From Campylobacterales bacterium (lineage in GTDB: Bacteria > Campylobacterota > Campylobacteria > Campylobacterales > QNZT01), in NCBI GenBank assembly GCA_026994915.1, contig JALWPY010000155.1, forward strand, positions 1 to 43,755: a stretch of DNA of 43,755 nucleotides. The letters run 5' to 3'. The position numbers and the translations under genes were made by a program. Of the stretch, positions 1-8,848 are shown in pieces. How positions within the stretch are numbered: the stretch's first letter is position 1; every line of letters starts with the position of its first letter. Under the pieces are notes generated by a model. The model saw nothing but the letters and a program-made list of their open reading frames with translations, was not told the origin of the DNA and searched no databases.

Positions 1-369
1 CGCCACAAATTACCAAAGCTGCCATGTGCCGGAATCGTCGATGCCTTTGAGTTTTGGGGCATGGTGCAGGTCGCCTGTGTCCGTACTCTCTGTAATAGAT
101 CCGTTTGTCATGAAACAGTAGTCTCCCTCTCCCAGAACGATTTTCTCAAGCCCGTCAGCTGTTTTCAGATGCAGCGTCGTGGCTCTTTTGCTTTTTGGTG
201 TGATTTCAAAGTCGATATCGACCACCTGATGCTGCAGGGTAAAATGAACACCTTTATCTTCGAGGTAACGTTGCAGCGGCAGGACAACGGAGTGGTACTG
301 GTTGTATTTCGTACGCAAAATGCCGCCAATATATTTGAGTCCTGGCATGAGGTGCATGAAGCGTTTCAT
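1..369 (-). pseudogene. Oleate hydratase (MCRA / FAD-dependent fatty-acid hydratase family) internal fragment, N-terminally truncated and ended by an in-frame TAA at 10-12
   Basis: The 119-aa ORF (...TKYNQYHSVVLPLQRYL...CFMTNGSITESTDTGD...SGTWQLW*) matches the middle of ~590-aa oleate hydratases. Only 163 bp separate it from the divergent nifU-like gene, and an in-frame TGA lies 16 codons upstream of the ATG, so the ~230-aa FAD-binding N-terminus cannot be present. The TAA at 10-12 falls where family members continue (LW-K/R...). AGGAGG lies 6 nt upstream of the ATG at 369. Confidence 0.6.
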
Positions 370-398
370 GCGTGCCTCCTGTGAAAATGGCTTTTGAC

Positions 399-495
399 AT
401 GATACACCTTTTTGACTTCACGGTTATCGAACATACGGATGGCTGAAATTAAATGAGACTTATTAACTCCTAATTAAGCCGGAAAGGTGTATCAT
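399..495. repeat. Perfect 13-bp inverted repeat (ATGATACACCTTT at 399-411, AAAGGTGTATCAT at 483-495) spaced by 71 bp in a divergent intergenic region
   Basis: Read directly from the sequence. The right arm ends 38 bp upstream of the nifU-like ATG. Confidence 0.8.
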
Positions 496-532
496 TTTCT
501 GGGATTATAAAAATCATAACAAAGGATTCATT

Positions 533-892
533 ATGACCTTTTTGGATGAAGATATCTATGAAGCGGTTCGGCACCATCTGCCCAAAGTCAAAGAGTATGT
601 CCTATCCCATGGTGGAGATATCAAACTTTTATGTGTGAAGAACGGTACTGTGTACATCGAGTTGACAGGTACATGCCACGGCTGTTCGATGAGCCTGATG
701 ACGACGAAGATGGTTGTGCAAAAGAGATTGCGTGAGCTGATCCACCCGGAACTCAATGTCGTCAATGTCGATGGAACACCGGAAAATGTTCCGCCTGAGG
801 ATTGCTATAGACCGGAATCGGAAGTATCTCATGACGAAAAGAAAGAGAAAAAAGGGATAGGTCAGAAGCTGAAGAAAATTTTGTCGATGTAA
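533..892 (+). CDS. NifU/Nfu-type Fe-S cluster scaffold domain protein
   Basis: 119 aa with the Nfu C-terminal-domain pattern (...HGGDIKLL...VYIELTGTCHGCSMSLMT...) including the CxxC pair, followed by a lysine-rich tail. Confidence 0.8.
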   Translation: MTFLDEDIYEAVRHHLPKVKEYVLSHGGDIKLLCVKNGTVYIELTGTCHGCSMSLMTTKMVVQKRLRELIHPELNVVNVDGTPENVPPEDCYRPESEVSHDEKKEKKGIGQKLKKILSM

Positions 893-919
893 ACGTCCGG
901 TATCACTTACCGGACGTTT
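891..919. terminator. Bidirectional hairpin terminator between convergent genes (12-bp perfect stem, 5-nt loop)
   Basis: AAACGTCCGGTA (891-902) pairs with TACCGGACGTTT (908-919). It overlaps the stop codons of both the nifU-like gene (890-892) and the 69-aa minus-strand ORF (903-905). The right arm ends in TTT and is followed by CGTTTCC. Confidence 0.6.
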
Positions 920-1112
920 CGTTTCCGAGCGTCTCTTCGCGGAGTTCGTCCAGCGCTTTTTGCATAGTATTGAGGATCAATCTGGCAGCCTGCTGTTCGT
1001 CGTTTTCGGGAAGATCCCAGTCGAAGATGTGCATGTTGGCTTTGTAGATCAGCTTCATCTCTTTTTTGATGCTCGATTGCATCTTTGCGAGTTCTTTTTC
1101 AAGTGGTGTCAT
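903..1112 (-). CDS. Small helical hypothetical protein (69 aa)
   Basis: Clean ORF with AGGAG 8 nt upstream of the ATG. I recognise no family. Confidence 0.5.
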   Translation of the reverse strand: MTPLEKELAKMQSSIKKEMKLIYKANMHIFDWDLPENDEQQAARLILNTMQKALDELREETLGNETSGK

Positions 1113-1140
1113 TGTTGTTACTCCTGTGAAAATAGTACCG

Positions 1141-1167
1141 GCGTAGCAGAAGAAGATTCTGCTACGC
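1141..1167 (-). terminator. GC-rich hairpin downstream of the hdeD-like gene (9-bp stem GCGTAGCAG/CTGCTACGC, 9-nt loop)
   Basis: Perfect inverted repeat read from the sequence, lying between the hdeD-like stop (1195) and the start of the next minus-strand gene. On the minus strand a T-run follows only after 7 nt, so terminator function is uncertain. Confidence 0.35.
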
Positions 1168-1194
1168 TAAATCGGTAGATAGCTGTGTATGTGC

Positions 1195-1788
1195 TTATAC
1201 TGTGGCACCGTTTTCGTTACTGTTCTCTTCATGTGCGGCTTTCTCTGCACCTGCACCGAGGAAAATGAGGACCAGTCCATCGACGAGGAGGCTGATACCG
1301 ACATAGATACCGACCAGCCACATCTCAGCGGGTACGAACGGCCATGTCATCAGGAAGATGATCGCCAGGATGATGGAGAGGATACCGTTGAGTGTCCAGA
1401 GCCACCACCCTTTGGCAGGTTTGCGCAGGCTTGCGAGTGCGAAACTGCCAAAACCGTCCAGCAGCAGGTAGATCGCCAGCAACAGACCGACGGTTTCCAC
1501 ACCGCTGATGGGGTAGAAGAGGATTAGCAGACCCACTGCAATCAGAACAAATGCCTTGAGCCATCCCCACCAGTCTTTTTTATCGGTGACGAAAGTAAAG
1601 TAGCCTGCCATCACACCTGCAAGCACCATCATCCATGAGACGAATGCTGCCGTTGCCAGGGAAGCATAGATGGGGTAGATGATCGCCGCGATACCTATGA
1701 GCGCGAAGATGATACCTGCGATCAGCGAGTATTTGCCAAATTTTTTCAGTAACTCTTTATTGTTTGCGTAGAGTTGATAATTCCACAT
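1195..1788 (-). CDS. hdeD: HdeD-family (DUF308) acid-resistance membrane protein
   Basis: 197 aa with about six hydrophobic helices in repeated DUF308-like units (GIIFALIGIAAIIYP..., VLIAVGLLILFYP..., LVGIYVGISLLVDGL). AAGGAG RBS. Confidence 0.7.
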   Translation of the reverse strand: MWNYQLYANNKELLKKFGKYSLIAGIIFALIGIAAIIYPIYASLATAAFVSWMMVLAGVMAGYFTFVTDKKDWWGWLKAFVLIAVGLLILFYPISGVETVGLLLAIYLLLDGFGSFALASLRKPAKGWWLWTLNGILSIILAIIFLMTWPFVPAEMWLVGIYVGISLLVDGLVLIFLGAGAEKAAHEENSNENGATV

Positions 1789-1809
1789 TGTGTTCTCCTT
1801 GATATAATT

Positions 1810-2325
1810 TTATTGTTTGTTATAGACTTTGATCTCGCCGGTACCGAGTGCTTCAAGTGCCGGTTTCGCTAAGTCGATCGCCTCTTTGCCATGTACAATG
1901 ACCAGTGTTTTGCCCTCTTTGAGCAGATCTTTGTAGCGAATAGCTTCGACCTCTTCGACACCCAGATCTTTAAACCATGCGACCAGTGCCGCCGCACTTC
2001 CGACGACTGCCGCACCGCCCAGTGCTCCCGCGAGTGACGCGATGACCGGGCCGGTGGCTACAAGCGGTCCGAATCCGGGAATGAAAAAGAAGAATGCTCC
2101 CATCAAAAAGCCCCAGAGCGCACCCCAAAAGGCGCCCTGTTTGCCCCAGTAGGCGATATCTTCATTCTCTTTGTTGAGCTCAAACTCATCTTTGGGTTCT
2201 TCGCCTTCGCCTTTGCCGAGTACCGAAATCGCCTCTTTGGGAACCTTTGCTTTGAGAAGCGCTTCAACGGCTTGTGCCGCATCGTCATGGTTGTCGTAGA
2301 CTGCGATCAGTTGCTCTTTTTTCAT
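1810..2325 (-). CDS. YflT / general-stress-protein-17M-like domain membrane protein (DUF1269-like), paralog 1
   Basis: The N-terminus (LIAVYDNHDDAAQAVEALLKAKVPKEAISVLGK) resembles the YflT domain. The centre is a Gly-zipper hydrophobic segment. The C-terminal YKDLLKEGKTLVIV motif is typical of the family. By eye it is roughly 40% identical to the ORF at 22073-22591. Confidence 0.6.
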   Translation of the reverse strand: MKKEQLIAVYDNHDDAAQAVEALLKAKVPKEAISVLGKGEGEEPKDEFELNKENEDIAYWGKQGAFWGALWGFLMGAFFFFIPGFGPLVATGPVIASLAGALGGAAVVGSAAALVAWFKDLGVEEVEAIRYKDLLKEGKTLVIVHGKEAIDLAKPALEALGTGEIKVYNKQ

Positions 2326-2386
2326 TGTTGATCCTTTCGGTTTGATTTTTAATTACGGTTTTACAGACCTCATCAGAGGCACCTTT

Positions 2387-3532
2387 TTACTTGACTGTTT
2401 TATGCAGATCCTGCTTCGATTCCTGTAAAAAGAGATTTTTTTCAGCCAGTGCTTTTTGCTCTTCCATCGTCTGGTATTTTTGCACTTTCGCTTCTGCTTT
2501 GTTGTGTGTCACGTCCTCTCTGGTATGTTTGAGAAGTTTGGCGAAACTCTCTTTGAGTCGATCATAGAGTTTGGCGACTTCGTTTTTTCCTTTGATCTCA
2601 TGTTTGAGTGCTTTGATCTGTTTCTGAATCTCACGGTACTCTTTGCTGTGTTTTTTGGTATAGCCCAGCAGTACCGCTTTTTGCAATTCAACCTGTGCCG
2701 CACTCAGCATGGCGAGGATCTCTTTTTTCTTCTTTTTATCCATCTGTGACGCGACGGTGACCAGATCCTGTGCCACGAGAAGAGGAATGGGAATGACAAC
2801 CGTATCGACGACCAGTGTGCTCAGGCCTGTCATCAGCAGTGCGAGTGCTTTTTTGGGATCGCCTGCATCGAGTGCTTTGGCTGCATCTTTTGTCGCTATT
2901 GGGTAGATATCCATTGGAATATATTCTGTCGTGACGATGATATCATCTTCGAGTGGCAGAAGGATCGCTTTGGCTGTCTGGACATCGTTGTCGATCAGAA
3001 GCTTCTGTGCCGCTCTGACCGCTTTTTTGATCAGTTTGAGATCTCCTTCAAAGGCATTGATCTCTATTGTGTTGGCGATAGGTACCAGTTTGAGATCCGG
3101 ATTTGCCTTGAGGGCGGCATCGAACGCTTTGGTTGCCTCCAGAAGTGCCTTTTTTGCTGCAGGGATATCTTTGTGTGCAAGGGCATTGATAGCGTCCATC
3201 GTTTTGTTGAGCCCCTCAAAGACCTCTTTGGGCGCCTCTTTGAAATTTTTCTGCTGGGCTTTGGCCTCTTTTGCGACACTGAAGTTTATGCGTTGAGCTT
3301 CGTCGTGATAGGCATCTTTCGCAAATTTTGCCGCATCCTCTTTGGTTTTAAAGAGAAGTTTATCCTGAACCTCTTCATCAAATGCTTTTGCCGCCGCTTC
3401 GCCTTTCACTTTACCCTGAACGAGTGCTTTTTCTGCTTGCTGCGCAACGCTGTCATGCAGTGCGTCCGCCTGAAGTGCCGTGATGAGCATCAGGCTTGCC
3501 GCGATAGCCGAGAGAGTGATTTTCTTTTTCAT
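2387..3532 (-). CDS. Secreted alpha-helical protein, YfdX-like
   Basis: I moved the start to the second ATG (3532), which has GGAGG 5 nt upstream and gives a signal peptide MKKKITLSAIAASLMLITALQA. The central region (DAINALAHKDIPAAKKALLEATKAFD...LLPLEDDIIVTTEYIP...ATKDAAKALDAGDPKKA) resembles the YfdX fold pattern. The C-terminal ~100 aa is a lysine-rich coiled-coil-like extension. Confidence 0.45.
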   Translation of the reverse strand: MKKKITLSAIAASLMLITALQADALHDSVAQQAEKALVQGKVKGEAAAKAFDEEVQDKLLFKTKEDAAKFAKDAYHDEAQRINFSVAKEAKAQQKNFKEAPKEVFEGLNKTMDAINALAHKDIPAAKKALLEATKAFDAALKANPDLKLVPIANTIEINAFEGDLKLIKKAVRAAQKLLIDNDVQTAKAILLPLEDDIIVTTEYIPMDIYPIATKDAAKALDAGDPKKALALLMTGLSTLVVDTVVIPIPLLVAQDLVTVASQMDKKKKKEILAMLSAAQVELQKAVLLGYTKKHSKEYREIQKQIKALKHEIKGKNEVAKLYDRLKESFAKLLKHTREDVTHNKAEAKVQKYQTMEEQKALAEKNLFLQESKQDLHKTVK

Positions 3533-3774
3533 GATTTCCTCCATTGAAAATAGTTTAGTTGTCTGGATATAAGTTATATCAAACCGTAAATAGTCTTAAC
3601 TTTGATACACCTCATATCAACTTACACCAGAATTATAGTCAGATAGGAGAGATAAATCTGTTACCTAAGTAACAAAAGTGCCGTTTGTTGCAAAAAACCT
3701 TCTGTTTCAGAGTAAAAAAATCCAGCAAAGTAAAATATGTTATGATTTTACATATTGTTATGAGAGGAAGTTTC

Positions 3775-5412
3775 ATGATCCATCCACTCGCTGGAAAACA
3801 GGCTCCCGTCAGCATGCTGGCCGATATCCCCGCTCTTGTTGCTGCCTATTATACGCTGCATCCCGATCCTTCCGTTGCTTCGCAGCGTGTCGTTTTCGGC
3901 ACCTCCGGACACCGCGGAAGTGCTCTGACCAAAAGTTTCAATGAAGTGCATGTCCTGGCGATTACCCAGGCGATCTGTGACTACCGACGTGAACAGGGGA
4001 TAGACGGTCCGCTCTTTATGGGCAAAGATACCCACGCCCTTTCCGCACCCGCTCAGATCACGGCACTGGAAGTGCTCGCTGCCAACGGTGTGGATACACG
4101 CATTGCCGCCGACAACGCTTATACGCCCACCCCATTGATCTCCTTCGCCATTCTCGAATACAACAGTTCCGATGAGGGTGGAACGGCTGACGGCATCGTC
4201 ATCACGCCGTCGCACAATCCGCCTGAAGACGGCGGTTTCAAATACAACCCGCCCAACGGCGGTCCCGCCGACACACATGTCACGGGATGGATTGAAAAAC
4301 GGGCCAATGCACTGCTGGAAGAGAAGCTGAAGGGTGTGAAGCGGATCGGTTACGAAGAGGCGTTGTCCGGTGCACATGTCAAAGAGGAGGATCTGATCAC
4401 ACCCTATGTGGCAAAACTCCCCGAAATCGTCGATCTGGATGCGATCCGGACAGCGAAGCTCAAAATCGGCGTCGATCCGCTCGGAGGTGCAAGCATCGCA
4501 GTCTATCAGAAGATCGAAGAGATGCACAGACTCGGGCTGGAGATCGTCAACACCCGTGTCGATCCGACATTTTCCTTCATGACGCTCGATCATGACGGCA
4601 AGATACGGATGGACTGCTCCTCGCCTTATGCAATGGCTTCGCTGATCAGACTCAAAGATGATTTCGATATCGCCTTTGGCAACGACACCGACTCGGATCG
4701 TCACGGTATCGTCACCAGAAGTGAAGGGTTGATGAACCCCAACCACTATCTCAGTTGTGCCATCTGGTATCTCTTTACGCGCAGAACGGCATGGCGGAAG
4801 GATCTGAAAGTGGGCAAAACGCTCGTTTCGAGTGCGATGATTGATCGTGTGAGCAAGTCGATCGGGAAAGAGGTCTGTGAAGTGCCTGTCGGTTTCAAGT
4901 GGTTCTCGGAGGGGCTGTTTGACGGAGAACTGGGCTTTGGCGGAGAGGAGAGTGCAGGCGCGGCATATCTTCGAAAAGAGGGGAGTGTCTGGACGACGGA
5001 CAAAGACGGGATCATCATGACGCTGCTCGCTGCGGAGATCCTGGCGGTCATGAAAGAGGATCCTTCCCAAATTTACCAAAAGTTCGAGGCGGAGTTCGGA
5101 AAGTCATACTATCAGCGTATCGATAAAGAGGCGACAACTGAAGAGAAAGCCCGCATCAAAAACCTCTCTCCCGAAGATATCCACACCAAAACGCTTGCCG
5201 GGGAGAAGATCGAGGCGATCTATACCAAAGCACCGGGCAACCATGCCCCGATTGGAGGAGTGAAAATCGTCAGTGCCGACGGATGGATCGCCGTACGACC
5301 GTCAGGTACGGAAAATATCTACAAGATCTATGCCGAGAGTTTTCGATCTCAGGAGCATCTGCAGCAGTTATTGAAAGAGGCAGAGGAGATTGTCGAAGAG
5401 GTGCTGGGTTGA
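3775..5412 (+). CDS. pgm: Phosphoglucomutase (alpha-D-phosphohexomutase superfamily)
   Basis: 546 aa counted from the ATG at 3775, which has an AGAGGAAG RBS. All four family loops are intact: TPSHNP (Ser codon at 4210-4212), [18 protein letters not shown] and [14 protein letters not shown]. The N-terminus [11 protein letters not shown]... aligns with enterobacterial Pgm. Confidence 0.95.
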   Translation: MIHPLAGKQAPVSMLADIPALVAAYYTLHPDPSVASQRVVFGTSGHRGSALTKSFNEVHVLAITQAICDYRREQGIDGPLFMGKDTHALSAPAQITALEVLAANGVDTRIAADNAYTPTPLISFAILEYNSSDEGGTADGIVITPSHNPPEDGGFKYNPPNGGPADTHVTGWIEKRANALLEEKLKGVKRIGYEEALSGAHVKEEDLITPYVAKLPEIVDLDAIRTAKLKIGVDPLGGASIAVYQKIEEMHRLGLEIVNTRVDPTFSFMTLDHDGKIRMDCSSPYAMASLIRLKDDFDIAFGNDTDSDRHGIVTRSEGLMNPNHYLSCAIWYLFTRRTAWRKDLKVGKTLVSSAMIDRVSKSIGKEVCEVPVGFKWFSEGLFDGELGFGGEESAGAAYLRKEGSVWTTDKDGIIMTLLAAEILAVMKEDPSQIYQKFEAEFGKSYYQRIDKEATTEEKARIKNLSPEDIHTKTLAGEKIEAIYTKAPGNHAPIGGVKIVSADGWIAVRPSGTENIYKIYAESFRSQEHLQQLLKEAEEIVEEVLG

Positions 5413-5519
5413 TCCGGCCTTCAGTGGGAAGATATAAATGAAAGTGTTTGCTGGCTAATAGTCTTCAACCGGCAAGATATGGCATAATTTTATTCTAAAA
5501 CTCTCTCAGGAGGCTAATA

Positions 5520-7604
5520 ATGCAAAGCCGGTCGATCTATCTCTACAGTCGTCAGAAGCGGGCAGGCAAGCGTGTGGTGGCTATGGGCCTGATGGAGATG
5601 CTCAAGACCAGCGTGGCGGATGTCGCCTACTTCAAGCCGGTGATAGACGGTACGGTGGAAGCGGATGAGGATATCGACTTTTTCAAACACTACTTCCCGC
5701 TCAAACAGCCCAAAGAGAGTGCCTACGGTATTACGGCGGAGGTGCTGGCGGAGTATCTGGCCAAAGATCAGCTGCATGCGGCGTATGAGTTGATTTTAGA
5801 GCGTTTCAGTGTACTTGAACGTGCGTATGACTTTATCCTTTGCGACGGTATCGCAGAATCTCTGGATGGACCGGAGATCCCCGAAGATATCGACCTGGAG
5901 ATCGCCGGAAACCTCTCCACACCGCTACTGTGGGTCGCTTCGGGAAAGGGATATGGCGATATCGATTCTCTGAAGGAGATGCTGCGGCTCAGAGGGCGCT
6001 ATCTGCAAAAGAGCGGTGCCGATCTGCTCGCATGCATCCTCAACCGTGTCGATCCCGCACTGCTGGAGAGTGCTGCCGCAATCGACATCGGCCTGCCGCT
6101 TTTTTGTCTGCCAGAAGTGGTCGAACTCGACCGGCCGACGATGTACGAGATCGCCGAATCGACGGGTGCGAAACTGCTCAGTTCGGACCGTCAGATGCTC
6201 GATCGTGTCGTCATGCAGAGCAAAGTCGCTGCGATGATGACCGAACACTACCTCCAGTACCTTCAGGACGGGGATCTGATCATCGTGCCCGGAGACCGCA
6301 GCGATATCGCCACGGCGACCTTCCTGGCCAACATCTCCAAAAACTACCCCACCATCGCGGGCATGCTCTTTACCGGAGGGATGAAGATACCAAAGAGTGT
6401 GCAGGATCTGATCGAAGGGGCCAGTCTGCCCGTGCTTCCGATGATCGGTGTCGGGACCGATACCCTCACGGCGGCGGTCAATGTGCAGGGGGTGGAGGCG
6501 AAGATCACACTGGAGAGCAAACGCAAGATCTCGCTGGCGATCGGTCTCTTCAATAGTCATGTCGACATGGAAGTAATCCGCAGGCGTCTGCTTCTGCAGA
6601 GTACACAGAAGATGACGCCGGTGCGGTTCATCTACTCGCTCTATGAAAAGGCGCGGCGTGATCCGAAGCATATTCTCCTGCCGGAGAGCGAAGATGAACG
6701 GGTACTGCGGGCGGCGGAGATCGTGCTGCGGCGCGGACTCTGTGAGGTGACGCTGCTGGGTGATCCGCAGCAGGTGGCACAGCGCGCCGGGTCGCTGGGG
6801 CTCGATCTCTCCAAAGCGCATGTTATCGATCCGCAGCACTTTCCGAAAAAGGAGGAGTTTGCGCAGAAGTTTTACGAACTGCGCAGACATAAAGGAGTCA
6901 TTCTGCCGATGGCACGCGAATACATGAGCCGCACGAACTACTTTGCGACGATGATGCTCTACGAAGGGTATGTCGACGGTGTGGTGAGCGGTGCGACCCA
7001 TACGACGCGTGAGACGATCAAACCGGCCTTCGAGATCATCAAAACGAAAGAGGGTGTCAAACTGATCTCGAGTGTCTTCTTCATGCTGCTGAAGGACCGG
7101 GTGCTGGTCTATGGTGACTGTGCGGTCAATCCTGACCCCAATGCCGAAGAGCTGGCGCAGATTGCGGTGTCGAGTGCACGTACGGCACAGAAATTCGGTA
7201 TCGAGCCCAGAGTGGCGATGCTCTCCTACTCCAGCGGCGATTCGGGTGTGGGTGTGGATGTGGATAAAGTGCGTGAAGCGACGCGCCTGGCCAAAGCGAT
7301 GGCGCCCGACCTGCTCATAGAGGGGCCCATGCAGTATGACGCTGCGATCGATCCCAAAGTGGCCGCACTGAAGATGCCCGACTCGAAAGTGGCGGGGCGG
7401 GCGACGGTCTTTATCTTTCCCGATCTCAACACCGGAAACAACACCTACAAAGCGGTTCAGCGGAGCAGCGGGGCGGTGGCGATCGGTCCGATACTGCAGG
7501 GGCTCAAAAAGCCGGTCAACGACCTTAGCCGCGGCTGTCTGGTCGAAGATGTGGTCTACACCATCGCCATCACGGCGATACAGGCGCAGGAGGATCGTTC
7601 ATGA
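5520..7604 (+). CDS. pta: Phosphate acetyltransferase, long form (N-terminal P-loop-like/DRTGG region plus PTA domain)
   Basis: 694 aa with an AGGAGG RBS. The C-terminal PTA_PTB region is typical (...VSGATHTTRETIKPAFEII...VYGDCAVNPDPNAEELA...FPDLNTGNNTYKAVQR...). Confidence 0.95.
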   Translation: MQSRSIYLYSRQKRAGKRVVAMGLMEMLKTSVADVAYFKPVIDGTVEADEDIDFFKHYFPLKQPKESAYGITAEVLAEYLAKDQLHAAYELILERFSVLERAYDFILCDGIAESLDGPEIPEDIDLEIAGNLSTPLLWVASGKGYGDIDSLKEMLRLRGRYLQKSGADLLACILNRVDPALLESAAAIDIGLPLFCLPEVVELDRPTMYEIAESTGAKLLSSDRQMLDRVVMQSKVAAMMTEHYLQYLQDGDLIIVPGDRSDIATATFLANISKNYPTIAGMLFTGGMKIPKSVQDLIEGASLPVLPMIGVGTDTLTAAVNVQGVEAKITLESKRKISLAIGLFNSHVDMEVIRRRLLLQSTQKMTPVRFIYSLYEKARRDPKHILLPESEDERVLRAAEIVLRRGLCEVTLLGDPQQVAQRAGSLGLDLSKAHVIDPQHFPKKEEFAQKFYELRRHKGVILPMAREYMSRTNYFATMMLYEGYVDGVVSGATHTTRETIKPAFEIIKTKEGVKLISSVFFMLLKDRVLVYGDCAVNPDPNAEELAQIAVSSARTAQKFGIEPRVAMLSYSSGDSGVGVDVDKVREATRLAKAMAPDLLIEGPMQYDAAIDPKVAALKMPDSKVAGRATVFIFPDLNTGNNTYKAVQRSSGAVAIGPILQGLKKPVNDLSRGCLVEDVVYTIAITAIQAQEDRS

Positions 7605-8758
7605 AAGCGGTGTATCATAAAAAGCTCTTTGTCCTCAACTGCGGCAGCTCTTCCATCAAATATAAGCTTTTTCATCTCCATGCGGAAGAGGAGACCGTGC
7701 TTGCAGAGGGAATCGTCGAGCGCATCGGCGATGTGGTGAAGGATTATGCGCAGGGGTTTCGGATCATCGCCGAACGTCTGGCCGAAGAGGGGGTACTGAC
7801 GTCGATCAGACAACTCGATGCGGCGGCGCACCGTGTCGTACACGGGGGCAGAAGATATGAAAAGGCGGTCATGATCGACGAGGATGTGATCGATGCGATC
7901 CGGGAGTGCATTCCGCTGGCACCGCTGCACAATCCCGCCAATCTGGAGGGAATCATGACACTTCGCAGACTTGCCCCGCAACTGCCGCAGGTGGCGGTGT
8001 TTGATACGGCGTTTCACCAGAGCATGCCTCCCGAAGCCTACCGTTATGCGCTCCCAAAAGAGCTGGAAGAGGAGGGGGTGCGCCGCTACGGATTTCATGG
8101 TATCTCTCACCACTATCTGACACGACGCACTGCGAAACTGCTTGGCAAAAACCGCGACAGGCTCAACATGATTACGATCCATCTGGGAAACGGTGCGAGT
8201 ATGGCAGCGATAGAGAATGGGCGAAGCATCGATACGACGATGGGCATGACACCGCTGGAAGGACTGGTCATGGGGACACGCTGCGGCGATCTCGATCCGG
8301 GAGTCGTACTCTGGCTCTGCGAATCGAAAGGGATGGATGCGCGAGATGCCGATGCTCTGCTTAACCGGCGAAGCGGTCTCAGGGGACTCTGCGGGACCAT
8401 TGACATGCGAGAGATTGTATCGCGACAAAGTGCGGGAGACGAGGATGCGTCATTCGCATTCAGGCTCTTCTGCCGGCGCATACGCAAATATATCGGTGCC
8501 TATACGGCGCTGCTGGGGAGGGTCGATGCCATCGTCTTCAGCGGAGGGATCGGTACCAACAGTCCCGAAGTGCGTGAAGAGGTGTGCCGCGGGCTGGCGG
8601 GATTCGGCATAGATATTGACAGTGAGAAAAATCGTCAAAAAGTAGACGATGCTGTGTTGATTCAGAGTGACGGGAGCCGTGTGGCGGTTGCCGCGATCCG
8701 CACCGACGAAGAGCTGCAGATAGCGCAGGAGAGTCTGGCTCTTTTATCGTGCATGTAA
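7601..8758 (+). CDS. ackA: Acetate kinase
   Basis: LVLNCGSSSIKYKLF, HRVVHGG, FDTAFHQSMP, YGFHGISH and FSGGIGTNS motifs are present. The ATGA overlap with the pta stop indicates translational coupling. Confidence 0.95.
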   Translation: MKAVYHKKLFVLNCGSSSIKYKLFHLHAEEETVLAEGIVERIGDVVKDYAQGFRIIAERLAEEGVLTSIRQLDAAAHRVVHGGRRYEKAVMIDEDVIDAIRECIPLAPLHNPANLEGIMTLRRLAPQLPQVAVFDTAFHQSMPPEAYRYALPKELEEEGVRRYGFHGISHHYLTRRTAKLLGKNRDRLNMITIHLGNGASMAAIENGRSIDTTMGMTPLEGLVMGTRCGDLDPGVVLWLCESKGMDARDADALLNRRSGLRGLCGTIDMREIVSRQSAGDEDASFAFRLFCRRIRKYIGAYTALLGRVDAIVFSGGIGTNSPEVREEVCRGLAGFGIDIDSEKNRQKVDDAVLIQSDGSRVAVAAIRTDEELQIAQESLALLSCM

Positions 8759-8848
8759 TAGTGCGATAGATAGTATCCTTTTTACCAAACTCAGCCAAAT
8801 GGTTAAATAAAGTATACTTATTAAGTTTTATTTAATATAAACTTTAAT
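8759..8848 (+). promoter_or_regulatory. AT-rich 90-bp spacer, presumed promoter region of the pel operon
   Basis: This is the only sizeable non-coding gap between ackA and pelC and it is strongly AT-rich. I could not assign -10/-35 elements confidently. Confidence 0.3.

Noticed and set aside
366-434. A 22-aa minus-strand uORF (MFDNREVKKVYHVKSHFHRRHA) whose TGA overlaps the ATG of the hydratase fragment.
   Set aside because: It has no SD and no recognisable peptide features, and it sits upstream of what appears to be a pseudogene. It is most likely a chance ORF.
1189-1527. A plus-strand 112-aa acidic ORF antisense to the hdeD-like gene, and a 200-aa plus-strand ORF (22127-22729) antisense to the second YflT-like gene.
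   Set aside because: Both are fully embedded opposite better-supported genes, have low-complexity composition and lack an RBS.
3685-3774. N-terminal extensions in the ORF track: pgm starting at 3685, and the GalT-like gene starting at 26866 inside glk.
   Set aside because: The extensions lack homology and an RBS. The downstream ATGs (3775 with AGAGGAAG; 26986 with an ATGA overlap to the glk stop) give N-termini that align with the families and lengths typical of them.
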